Below are positions 25,576-35,009 of a stretch of 64,000 bases of DNA, piece by piece. The notes beneath the pieces were generated by a model. The model was not told the origin of the DNA, did not search any database, and saw nothing but the letters and a program-made list of their open reading frames with translations. Source of the DNA: Deltaproteobacteria bacterium (GTDB taxonomy: Bacteria; Myxococcota; Kuafuiibacteriia; Kuafuiibacteriales; Kuafuiibacteriaceae); contig JADJPE010000005.1 of assembly GCA_016713425.1 (NCBI GenBank), forward strand, positions 992,111-1,056,110. The letters run 5' to 3'. Made by a program: the position numbers and the translations under genes. Numbering within the stretch: position 1 is the stretch's first letter; each line of letters opens with the position of its first letter.

Positions 25576-28500
25576 TCACCCATCGGCGGAGCGTTTCAGG
25601 AGCGCTTGGAGCTTGAGGATCTCGACGAGCTCGACGAGCGGAGAGCCGAGCGCCCGAAACGCCTCGAGGTTCTGGATCGAGCTCTTCGCGAGTGGGATGA
25701 GTGCCTCGTTGAGCATCCGCGCTTGTTCGGCAATCAGATCCTCCACGCCCACTGGCGAGGCGCTCTGCACCACCACGCTGCTGGGGGGCTTCTCGGCGGC
25801 CGCTGATATCATCCGGCGAATTCCTTCGAGCTCATTCCCCAAGAGACCGATCGAAGCCGAGACGCGCGTCACCGGATCGTCATCCTTGCCCCCAAGTTGC
25901 TGACGTCGTCTGAACTCTCTCTTGATCTCCGCCCACCGAACCGCCGATTCCTCCGAGATCGTGCCCCGAAGCTCCGCGAGTTTGAGCAGATTGTGCTCCG
26001 CACCCGACGTAAGCGTCTGCGCTTCACGCGCGTAGTGCGCATCGATCAATGTCTCGAGCTCCATCGCGTCGAGCGCGGGGGCGACCCTCTCGGCGATCTT
26101 GTTCATATTCCGATAACTGCCCTGGAGCTTAAACGCCGGCTCGGTTCGATACTGGTCGTCCGTCGAAGCCGACCCAATGTAGGCTTTGTTCACGCTCAAG
26201 AGCACCGACTGAACTCGAAACAGATGCTTGAGAACAGCGACGACGTCCTGCGTCTCGAGCGCCGAGTAGCTCCGCGAGAAGGTCGAGACTGGGACCTCTT
26301 CACCCCTGGCCATCCGCACAAAACATCGAACATCGGCCAGCGATCGCGTCGCCACATGCCCGAGCACTGCGTTCGACGTGAGGGCGTTCTCGATGTAGCT
26401 CTCAGCAAAGAGATCCTCACGTCCATCCAAGACCTCGCCCAGATTGTAGACATCGGCTCGATTCGCCAACATGTCAGGCACCTGAAATCGATGACCGGAC
26501 TCGGTGTACGGATTTCCGGCCATCGCGACGCAGAATTTTCGGCCTCGGAGATCATACGTCTTCGTCTCGCCTCGCCAAACACCCTCGACCCGCCTCGAAC
26601 CATCGCAAAGCGAGATGAATTTCTGCAAGAAGACCGGGCTGGTGTGCTGAATGTCGTCCACGTAGAGCATGACGTTCGTCGCCATCTCGAAAGCCTGATT
26701 CAGCTTCTCGACCTCTTGGCGCGACGTTGCATTCGGAGCCTCCGTCGGGTCGAAAGACTCCACCTCGACCCCGAGCGCTGGGCCGTTGATCTTCATGAAG
26801 ACCATGCCAAGCTGATTCGCGACATATTCCATGAGGGTCGTCTTGCCGTATCCGGGAGGCGAAACGAGCAGCAGAAGACCCATGAGGTCAGTGCGTTTGG
26901 TCGCTCCGACCGCGCCGAGCTGTTTCGCGAGATTGTCTCCGATGAGCGGCAGATAGACCTCATCGATCAAGCGATTTCGCACGAACGATGTCAGAACCCG
27001 TGGCTTGAGCGCATCAACGCGAAGGCGCCGACTGGCCTCGACCAACATGCGTTGTCGCGCCTGCCGATAGGCTCGAAATCCGGGAACACGCGTACCGATG
27101 AAAGCCGAGAGGCGCGTCAAGAACTCATCGAGGCGACTCGAGAGCGTTCCCGACGCGACCCGTGCGTGTCTCGCCAAGAGGTCGCGGACCTCGAGCGTAA
27201 CATCGGCTCTGGTCCGTTCGCGATCGAGCTTCCCGTCGGTAACCAACGCCACGGCCGCTTCGCGAGTCGCCCACCGATGACCGGCCACCAGCGCGCCTTC
27301 GGGAAGATCGTCCATGAAGGCGCCTAGCCACGCCTCAGCCAGCGAAAGCTTCGCCGCCAGGTTGTCGTCGAGTGCGTGGATGTCGCTCTCGAAGGCGGTG
27401 CGCAAACCCTTCGCGTCGTAGTGCCGGACGAACGACTCCACAAGCGTCGCGCCCGCATCGCTCAGCACGAACCTTGGTCGCTCGACCTTGAGCTCCTCGA
27501 ACAGATATCGCGCCGCCGCCCGCACCTCGTCGTCGTGAGCGTCGAGTCCCCATTCCTCGAAGCGGCACAGCATGGCGCGTGCAATGTCGTCCCTCAGCCT
27601 GGACGCGGCATTCAACAGCGCCGAAGATTTCGGCAGACGTCCTAGACTAAAGGCGCGCCTCGCAAGTTCAGCCTTCGCCTTGTCGCTCGGCGAGAACGCC
27701 CAGAACAGCGTAGCAAGTCCACGCGCCTCAGGACTGAATCGCAGAAGACCGGCCGCGGCTTGGACCGTCAGAAGACGGCTCAAGATCCGCGCCGCATCAT
27801 GGTCGTGAATCCCCCGTTCGTAGCCCTCGTCGTACCGAGTCGCCGCAACTTCACGTACGATCGGTAGAAGCCCATCGGCGCCTTCGAGGTTGGCTTCGAT
27901 GAGCGACGCCATCGTCAACGAAGGCGCACCGCGCGCGTTCGCATTCGCATTCAGGTTCGGGCTCGTTCCCGCAATCAACGAACGCTCGGCTTCGAAGAAG
28001 ATCGAGCAGGCGAGAAACTCGCCCCGGCATACATCATCGCTCTCGGAAACTAGCGTCTGCGACCAATAGGATCGCGTGGCCAAGAAGGCTTCATCGTCGA
28101 CCCGCTCGTAGAACTCGGTACCGGTCAGATGAATCGCCATCCCGTCTTCACGCGGGACCATCGTGAGCTCGAAAGGCTGGACGTTGACGTTGAACTTGTG
28201 CCGCCCAAGCCGAATGACGTCGGCCCCATCCTCGAAGAGTTCGAGTCGATCGCGAAGCTGTCGCACGGCGTCCTGGCCGCACGCCTTGAGCTTCGCCACC
28301 ACCTCGTCCGACCTCAGACTGTCCCCGAGCGCGGCGAGTTCGGCGGCAAGCGACCGAACCTTTGCCACCATCGCATCGCCGGCGAAATAAGCGTTGAGTT
28401 CGGCCTCACTCTTGAAGCTTTTCGCTCTCCGCTCAACGCTCGATAGAATGCGATTCGCCGCCTGAACGATGCTGTCGATGCGCCGATTCTGTGCGTCGAC

Positions 28501-30843
28501 CAAGGTCTGTCGTTTGGCGGCCACCGCTTCCACGATCTCTTGACGCTTGTCCGCCAAATCAGGGGTGAACTCGGACACGTCACCGAAGCGACTCTCGAGC
28601 TCCTCGATCTGCACGAGAAGACGCGCCTCCTCGAGATCGCAGCGCGCTGGCGTATCAGCCATCGCAACCGCATTCGCGATCGACTGGGCGAGAAGTTTGA
28701 GCTGAGCCCCGAACTCGTGGCGGCTTTCCTGGGTTCGAAGAACTTGCCGCCGCCCTTCGACGGCCGCGCGAGCGCGATTCTGGTGCGACAAGGCCTCAGC
28801 GATATCATCGAGAATCTGGGTGCGCTTGAGCGCATCGTCGATCTTGAGGTTCGCGACGATCTCCGAGAGCGAAGCCAAACCCTCGCTGCTCTCAACCACC
28901 TCGTTCTCGAGCGGCGCGAGGTCGGTCAACCGGTCGACGCGCGCCGACCCATCCACCAACGCCTCGGCGCGCGTACGAAGCGGCTCGAAAGATCGTGGGT
29001 CGAGTAGGAGATCGGTGCAATGGGCCCCTACGCGGTCAAGCGCCTCAACAATCTCGCCTTCGAGCTGGTCGAGACGCTCCAGGTCGATATACCGGACATC
29101 ACGCTTGGTCATGAGGCGCCCGCGATGTCCCTTGAGCGCAGCCAGCGCATGCGTAAACTCGTCGAGCTTCGACCAATTGTCGGGCCGAACCTCCCGAAGC
29201 AAGTTATGTTGCTCAACCTCCGTCTGCTCGAGTGTCGCGCGCGCGACGCGCCGAAGCGCTTGAACCTTCTCGAACTCGGCGACGATCAAATCGGCGTTCC
29301 GCTTGAGTTCAGCGATCTCTGACTTCAGATCCCCAACGTCATCGGCCGAAAGCCAATAGTAGTCGTCGAGCATGCGGGTTGCGTTCTTGATGAGATCTTC
29401 GAAAGTCGACCGCGCCGGCGCGTCCGAGTTGGCCAATCGGCCGAGACTCAACGCATCTGAAATGCCACGTACGAGGTCTCGATTCCCAACCTTGGAAAGG
29501 AACGATCCGTCGGTGGGTTCGCGCGCTGCGTACTCGTCCGACATGAACGGCGTTCGCCAAAGCTGCATGGCGTGCACACGGGAGGGCTCAGGATTCGTGG
29601 TGCGACAAAGAATCATGGTCCCGTCTTCGAGAAACGCAAAGCCCTCGCATTGAAGCGGCGTCTTGACCTCTTTTCGGATGACGTTGTACGGGAGCAGCGT
29701 GTAAAGGCCCGCCTCCCGGTCATAGAAGGCATAGAGAACATCCTCTCCGTTGGGTGAAGGATAGACGCGTTTGAATTCGAGTGCGCCGGGGTTGGGATCG
29801 AAGACCTTCGACACCCCATCGCTCAAGCAATAGCCGCCGGGGAAGATGATCCCATGTTCCTCCGGGAGCTGCACACACGCCAAACCGATCGCATCGATCC
29901 GTTCCACGGTCTGGCTCCGTACGCTGAACACAAGATAGCGCCATCGCTCTTCAGCGTAGGGGCGGATCTTGAGCAAGATGAGCTCGCCGAGCTTTGCATA
30001 CTGGATATCGGCGTCATCCAGCGACTGCCGCGGATCGTCGACGGGCTCGCGGTAGATCCCGAGACCATCGTGGGTGTTGTTCTCGATCTTGACCGTAAGA
30101 TCGCCTCCCACCGTCTCAACGAACACTTCGTCCAGGATCGATACATGCGGGTGCTTGCCCACCACATGATCTTCTCGCCGCGTCCGAATCCACTCAAAGT
30201 CGTGGCTCGGCGGGAAAACGTGTTCGTCATCGCCTCGGTTGTCGATGTACGAGACCCGGCCATCGTCCGTCACCGACCAACGAAAGACCTTCACATCGTT
30301 CGTGGTCGCGCCGATCTGGAAAACAGCCAGGAGCCGCCCGGCGGGTCTTCGAATCTGAACAAGACGCGCCGACTTGTAGTACTGATAAAGTTCCGAGAAA
30401 TCCCGCTTGAAGTCAGGACCGTCGAATAGACCGGGAATCGACGCCTCCGTCAGCAAAGACGCATCGACACCTCCGTCGGTCGGCTCGATCGTGAAGAGCG
30501 TAAATACGTCGCGGACGGCAACCTCACGCCGAAGACCAAGGTGAACGTTGTGACCCAAGATCAACGTACCATCGATGTGGGCAAGGTCGCGCGGGCGTGC
30601 GCTCTGCTCGGTACGAACGCGCGTATTGCCAATAACCTGAAGCTCTATGCCTCCGAAAGCCGCCTTGCGCTTCTCATTGAGGGCGTTCGCCTTCGCCCCG
30701 AGGCGCGAGGCCCCTTCGCGGAGCCTCGCCCGCAGGACCTCGTAGCTACCCCCGTCGAGTCCTCCCCCTGCTGCGGCTTGCGCGCCATCAGGACCAGGCG
30801 TCTTTTCGACCGCCCCCGCGTCGAGCGATTTGTCAGCAGTCAT
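25576..30843 (-). CDS. Giant (1755 aa) soluble protein with a single AAA_5 (MoxR/dynein-like) ATPase core and long coiled coils
   Basis: Walker A is GLLLLVSPPGYGKTTLMEY, Walker B is VMLYVDDIQH, and the sensor-1/Arg region is KFCVAMAGNPYTESGHRFQVPDMLANRADVYNLGEV. About 1150 aa lie N-terminal of the ATPase, including a beta-rich N-domain and extended coiled-coil segments. I see no TM helices. Confidence 0.85.
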   Translation of the reverse strand: MTADKSLDAGAVEKTPGPDGAQAAAGGGLDGGSYEVLRARLREGASRLGAKANALNEKRKAAFGGIELQVIGNTRVRTEQSARPRDLAHIDGTLILGHNVHLGLRREVAVRDVFTLFTIEPTDGGVDASLLTEASIPGLFDGPDFKRDFSELYQYYKSARLVQIRRPAGRLLAVFQIGATTNDVKVFRWSVTDDGRVSYIDNRGDDEHVFPPSHDFEWIRTRREDHVVGKHPHVSILDEVFVETVGGDLTVKIENNTHDGLGIYREPVDDPRQSLDDADIQYAKLGELILLKIRPYAEERWRYLVFSVRSQTVERIDAIGLACVQLPEEHGIIFPGGYCLSDGVSKVFDPNPGALEFKRVYPSPNGEDVLYAFYDREAGLYTLLPYNVIRKEVKTPLQCEGFAFLEDGTMILCRTTNPEPSRVHAMQLWRTPFMSDEYAAREPTDGSFLSKVGNRDLVRGISDALSLGRLANSDAPARSTFEDLIKNATRMLDDYYWLSADDVGDLKSEIAELKRNADLIVAEFEKVQALRRVARATLEQTEVEQHNLLREVRPDNWSKLDEFTHALAALKGHRGRLMTKRDVRYIDLERLDQLEGEIVEALDRVGAHCTDLLLDPRSFEPLRTRAEALVDGSARVDRLTDLAPLENEVVESSEGLASLSEIVANLKIDDALKRTQILDDIAEALSHQNRARAAVEGRRQVLRTQESRHEFGAQLKLLAQSIANAVAMADTPARCDLEEARLLVQIEELESRFGDVSEFTPDLADKRQEIVEAVAAKRQTLVDAQNRRIDSIVQAANRILSSVERRAKSFKSEAELNAYFAGDAMVAKVRSLAAELAALGDSLRSDEVVAKLKACGQDAVRQLRDRLELFEDGADVIRLGRHKFNVNVQPFELTMVPREDGMAIHLTGTEFYERVDDEAFLATRSYWSQTLVSESDDVCRGEFLACSIFFEAERSLIAGTSPNLNANANARGAPSLTMASLIEANLEGADGLLPIVREVAATRYDEGYERGIHDHDAARILSRLLTVQAAAGLLRFSPEARGLATLFWAFSPSDKAKAELARRAFSLGRLPKSSALLNAASRLRDDIARAMLCRFEEWGLDAHDDEVRAAARYLFEELKVERPRFVLSDAGATLVESFVRHYDAKGLRTAFESDIHALDDNLAAKLSLAEAWLGAFMDDLPEGALVAGHRWATREAAVALVTDGKLDRERTRADVTLEVRDLLARHARVASGTLSSRLDEFLTRLSAFIGTRVPGFRAYRQARQRMLVEASRRLRVDALKPRVLTSFVRNRLIDEVYLPLIGDNLAKQLGAVGATKRTDLMGLLLLVSPPGYGKTTLMEYVANQLGMVFMKINGPALGVEVESFDPTEAPNATSRQEVEKLNQAFEMATNVMLYVDDIQHTSPVFLQKFISLCDGSRRVEGVWRGETKTYDLRGRKFCVAMAGNPYTESGHRFQVPDMLANRADVYNLGEVLDGREDLFAESYIENALTSNAVLGHVATRSLADVRCFVRMARGEEVPVSTFSRSYSALETQDVVAVLKHLFRVQSVLLSVNKAYIGSASTDDQYRTEPAFKLQGSYRNMNKIAERVAPALDAMELETLIDAHYAREAQTLTSGAEHNLLKLAELRGTISEESAVRWAEIKREFRRRQQLGGKDDDPVTRVSASIGLLGNELEGIRRMISAAAEKPPSSVVVQSASPVGVEDLIAEQARMLNEALIPLAKSSIQNLEAFRALGSPLVELVEILKLQALLKRSADG

Positions 30844-30955
30844 ATCGAAGCCGCTCCATCAAGATCATTCGTCTAGGCCACATGGTCGGTCGCTCGAACC
30901 GGCTCGACCAGCGTTGGTTTCGCTCGATCGAGCCGGCCTTCGACCGGTGTTCGTT

Positions 30956-33067
30956 TCAGTTGACACCTTTGCTGGACACATCAAGGCCAAGCTCCCTGGC
31001 CTTTTCGATCAGACGCTCGAGCTTCGCCCGGGTCGCACCGTCGGCACCGAGCATCGCCTGTGAGAGAAAGGCCGCTACGCTCAGGTTCTGGAGCTCTTTT
31101 GAGCCGGTCGGCAGCGCCTTCAAAATCTCGTTCGGGAGGTTCGCATTGCCGCTCAGATAGTCACCGAAGAGCTTTTGCAGCGTCGCCGATTGATCAACCA
31201 ACCCATCGGCCGACTGCCCAAGAGACACCGCTCGGATGAACTGGTCGAAGAACGCGCCATCGCCACCGACGATGTTGATCTTGGCATGCTCGAAGGCCTC
31301 CTTGAGGATCGTCGCCCGTGCTTCGGCGATATCCTTTCGCACCTTGATCTCCGCGAGGTCGATGTCTCGCTCCTTCTCGAGCTTGAGGCGAAACTCCTCG
31401 TGCTCGCGTCCCACGCCATCCAGGAGCTTCATCGCATCGGCCTTGCTCCGAAGGCCCTCAGCTTCCGCATTCAGGCGCTCACGCACCGCAACCGCTTCCG
31501 CCGTCCCGAGCTTCTCGCGGGCGGCCGCATCCGCTTCCTTGACCTTGGCGGCCGCAAGACCCTTCTCCTGGTCGCCTTGCGCCTCGGCCAGCATTTGATG
31601 CCGGGTCACGGAGGCTTGTGCAAGACCTTCCTTCTCGAGCGCCACCGCGTGGGCTTCCTTCACTCGAACATCAGCCAATCCTCGCGCAGCGGCCTCAGCC
31701 TGGACACCTTCCGCCAGCCGAATCTTGGCGCGGGCCTGGCGGTCTGAGGCTTCGACATCGGCTTCAGCCAAGGTGATCTTCTGCTTCGCCTTGAACTTTG
31801 CGACTTCCTCCTCGGCCTCAGCCAGACGAACGTGCCCGATGAGTTCCTCTTGCGCCCGCGCTTCTGCCGCCGTCACTTGGACTTCCTTGGTTCGCTTGGC
31901 TTCCGCAATCGCGCGCAAGTCCTTGATGCGTTCCTCCTCCTCAGCCACGGTCTTGTCGACGACGATTCGAGAGCGGATCACGTCCGCGATCTCCTTACGC
32001 TGAACCTCGATTTCCTTTTCTTTCGCGATCTGAGCCAAGTTCGTCTCTCGCTCGCGCGAAATCGCCTCGAGCATCCGGTCTTTTTCGACGCGCTCGCTCT
32101 CGACGAGCACGATGCGCTCCCGATTCTTGCGCGCGACCTCGACCTGCCTTTGCTTCGCCTCTTCGCCGACCTGGACTTCTTCATCCGCCTGGATCTGTGC
32201 GATCGCCGCTTTCCTGTTTTCTTCCGCCTGCACGCGCTGCGTTTCAGCGGTTTCGCGCGCTTGCACGGTCGCGATCTCCCGCGCCTGCTTGGCGCGCGCG
32301 TCCGCTTCCTGTCGTTCCAACGCCAAGATTGCCTCAGCCGCCTCGACGTTCTGCTTCTTGATGGCCTTGCGTTCGCTCTGCCGGAGCTCATTGGTTCGAA
32401 TACTCTCGGCGGTCGTCAGCTCGGTGATCTTCTTGATGCCTTGCGCATCGAGGATGTTGTCCTTGTCGAGCGCATCGATCGGCGTCTGCTCTAGGAAGTC
32501 GATGGCCGCGTCTTCAAGGCTGTACCCATTCAGATCTTGCCCGATTTCCTTCTTGATACGATCACGGAAATCGTCTCGCTGAGTGTAGAGGTCGATGAAG
32601 TCGAGCTGTTTCCCGACCGTCTTGAGTGCTTCGGAGAACTTTGCCTGAAATAGCTCCTCGAGCGTCTCGCGCTGCGATGCGCGATCGCATCCCACCTGCG
32701 AGGCGACCTTGAGCACGCTATCGGTGTCTTTGTTGACCTTCACGAAGAAGGTGACCTTGATGTCGGCGCGAATGTTGTCGTGACAGATGAGGCCTTCTTT
32801 GCCCCGACGGTCGATCTCGATCGTCTTGACCGAGATGTCCATGATCTCGGCTTTGTGCACAATCGGAAGGACGAGACCCCCCTTGAACGTCACTTCGGGT
32901 TCTTTGCCACTGATCTTGTTGATGATGAGCGCCCGACCTTGCTCGACCTTTCGGTAGAACTTGGACACCATGAACGCGAATCCAACAAACACGAGAATGA
33001 CCGCACCCACCGCGGTTCCAAGGAATATGAGCGTATCTACAGACATTGTTCTACCCATCTGCCACAA
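30956..33067 (-). CDS. Flotillin-like SPFH/Band-7 protein (YqiK/FloT type)
   Basis: An N-terminal TM anchor precedes the SPFH domain (RALIINKISGKEPEVTFKGGLVLPIVHKAEIMDISVKTIEI...). About 450 aa of E/A/K/R/Q-rich coiled coil follow, and the C-terminus is typical of flotillins. Total length is 703 aa. Confidence 0.9.
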   Translation of the reverse strand: MWQMGRTMSVDTLIFLGTAVGAVILVFVGFAFMVSKFYRKVEQGRALIINKISGKEPEVTFKGGLVLPIVHKAEIMDISVKTIEIDRRGKEGLICHDNIRADIKVTFFVKVNKDTDSVLKVASQVGCDRASQRETLEELFQAKFSEALKTVGKQLDFIDLYTQRDDFRDRIKKEIGQDLNGYSLEDAAIDFLEQTPIDALDKDNILDAQGIKKITELTTAESIRTNELRQSERKAIKKQNVEAAEAILALERQEADARAKQAREIATVQARETAETQRVQAEENRKAAIAQIQADEEVQVGEEAKQRQVEVARKNRERIVLVESERVEKDRMLEAISRERETNLAQIAKEKEIEVQRKEIADVIRSRIVVDKTVAEEEERIKDLRAIAEAKRTKEVQVTAAEARAQEELIGHVRLAEAEEEVAKFKAKQKITLAEADVEASDRQARAKIRLAEGVQAEAAARGLADVRVKEAHAVALEKEGLAQASVTRHQMLAEAQGDQEKGLAAAKVKEADAAAREKLGTAEAVAVRERLNAEAEGLRSKADAMKLLDGVGREHEEFRLKLEKERDIDLAEIKVRKDIAEARATILKEAFEHAKINIVGGDGAFFDQFIRAVSLGQSADGLVDQSATLQKLFGDYLSGNANLPNEILKALPTGSKELQNLSVAAFLSQAMLGADGATRAKLERLIEKARELGLDVSSKGVN

Positions 33068-33105
33068 GGCACGAGAAACCTAGTTCAACCTAACCCAACT
33101 TGCCT

Positions 33106-34044
33106 TCACGCTGACCGGTTCGACCGACCTTGGTCCGTATCGCCCCAATCAAACGCTTCAACATAATAGAGCTCACGAGCGGCGTCATAATCGACGATCA
33201 ACGCTTCCTGCCCTTTGGAGAGACGCCCGCCCGGACGACATCGAACCGGAACCAGGAGCTCATGGCCACCCGTTCCCACGCGCGCCTCTCCAAAGACGTC
33301 ATCGACGTAGCCGGTGATGATCGTGCATGTCGTTCCGACGATATCGGTTCGACGCGGTGCCGTTTGCGTCAAAAAGAGTGGGCCGAGCGGCCGCGAGAGC
33401 ATCCCCGCGACCGGCAGCGACGCGACAAACGAAGCACCGAGCACGAGGATCCCGAAGCCCCAATGAGTGAAGGGCGATCCGATCGACGTGAGAAAGAGCG
33501 CGCCCAGATACGAGAAGGCCCAACTCACCAAGATCGAGAAACTAAGCACGACCGTAACCGGCGCACGACGAAGGCCAAGTGATGAAACAAGCCCCATGAG
33601 CGAAAGACCGTCGGCTGCAGTGCCCAAGCTCGATGGCCCCGCACTCACCGTCCCCATCGTACTCATCGCAGCCATCGCCGACGGAGAGACGCTCGCCACC
33701 GCGACCGCCGATGCCGCACCCTCCGCCAAGCCTTCGGTACCGCCCTCTGCCAGTCCTTCCGCGGCACCCTCCGCCAATCCTTCCGCGGCACCCTCCGCCA
33801 ATCCTTCCGCGGCACCCTCTGCTAGTCCTTCCGCGGCACCCTCTGCAGCGCCCTCGCCAAGACCTTCGAGTTGGCTTGTCGGGTCGAGGAGTGCCACATC
33901 GAGTGCGCCGACGATCACAAAGCCCCAGTAAAGCACCACGATGATGAGCGCCCCACTGAACACGATGGTGGGAAAAGAGAGTGCCAAGGTGAGGAATTCG
34001 TTCACGAAAGGACCTCGATGCGACAGCGCGAAAGCCGAGGACAT
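33106..34044 (-). CDS. YqiJ/NfeD-like inner-membrane protein (flotillin partner) with an (AEGAAEGL)n repeat linker
   Basis: The N-terminal TM pair LTLALSFPTIVFSGALIIVVLYWGFVIVGALDVALLD resembles E. coli YqiJ. Further TM helices follow. The C-terminal OB-fold-like GTTCTIITGYVDDVFGEARVGTGGHELLVPVRCRPGGRLSKGQEALIVDY resembles NfeD. It sits 38 nt upstream of the flotillin gene. Confidence 0.7.
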   Translation of the reverse strand: MSSAFALSHRGPFVNEFLTLALSFPTIVFSGALIIVVLYWGFVIVGALDVALLDPTSQLEGLGEGAAEGAAEGLAEGAAEGLAEGAAEGLAEGAAEGLAEGGTEGLAEGAASAVAVASVSPSAMAAMSTMGTVSAGPSSLGTAADGLSLMGLVSSLGLRRAPVTVVLSFSILVSWAFSYLGALFLTSIGSPFTHWGFGILVLGASFVASLPVAGMLSRPLGPLFLTQTAPRRTDIVGTTCTIITGYVDDVFGEARVGTGGHELLVPVRCRPGGRLSKGQEALIVDYDAARELYYVEAFDWGDTDQGRSNRSA

Positions 34045-34343
34045 TCGTGACTTGCGAGCGACACGCGATCAGGTAGAAGCACCTCGGCTTCGATGTCCAG
34101 CCCCCGGATCGAAAACGCAGACGGGTTGCTGTCGACCGGTCCGTCGACGAATGGACAGGTACTCGATGCGCCTAAAAGCCTACCGCGGCGCATCCTCAAC
34201 GGCGCATCGGTCCGAAACCCGAGCCCGAAGCGCACGCCCGCAAGACTCGACGCTCGATAGGCTTCCGCATACGGCCCGCATCCTCTAGAGTCCGGCCTTA
34301 GCGATAACGCCGTTGCAGAAGGCGCAACCGCGGAGCAAACCGG

Positions 34344-34970
34344 ATGAAACGACACTCGCCTTCCGCCGAGCGCAACAAGGGTCCGATTGGAGACGTCCTC
34401 GGCCACGTTCTATCGGCCTCGGGCCGAGCGCTTGAAGTCGCAAGCGGCTCTGGCCAACACGTGGTCGAGCTCGCGCGACGATTTCCGAGCTGGTCGTGGC
34501 AGCCGACCGATCCCGACCCGGACGCGATCGCAAGCATTGAAGCCTATCGGACAGAGAGCGAGCACCTCAATATACGCCCCGCCCTCCGACTCGACGTGTG
34601 CGTCGAGCCTTGGCCTGTTGACGCGGTCGATCTCGTCCTCGCCATCAACATGATTCACATCGCTCCGTTTGAAGCGGCCGTCGCGCTCTTTGGTGGCGCA
34701 GCACGGAGACTCCCGCCGAAGGAAGGACTCCTTGTCACGTACGGCCCATACTCTGAGAACGGCGTGCTCGAGCCGGAGAGCAATCGCGCATTCGATCGCT
34801 CGCTTCGCGACCGCAATCCCGCGTGGGGAATTCGTGATCTCACGGAGCTCGATCGCCTGGCGACGACATCAGGACTCGAGCGAACTGAAACCTTCGAGAT
34901 GCCCGCGAATAATCGTCTCTTGGTGTTTCGATGCGTTGGGGCTGCGTCATCCGTAACCCAAGCCACTTAG
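34344..34970 (+). CDS. DUF938 family protein (SAM-dependent methyltransferase-like fold)
   Basis: Motifs: ERNKGPI..VL, LEVASGSGQHVVELARRFP..WQPTDPD, NMIHIAP, YGPY...G..EPESNRAFDRSLRDRNPAWGIRD, MPANNRLLVFR. Confidence 0.75.
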   Translation: MKRHSPSAERNKGPIGDVLGHVLSASGRALEVASGSGQHVVELARRFPSWSWQPTDPDPDAIASIEAYRTESEHLNIRPALRLDVCVEPWPVDAVDLVLAINMIHIAPFEAAVALFGGAARRLPPKEGLLVTYGPYSENGVLEPESNRAFDRSLRDRNPAWGIRDLTELDRLATTSGLERTETFEMPANNRLLVFRCVGAASSVTQAT

Positions 34971-35009
34971 TCCTCCTCGGCGGAGGTCACCACGTCGGCG
35001 CGCGATCCT

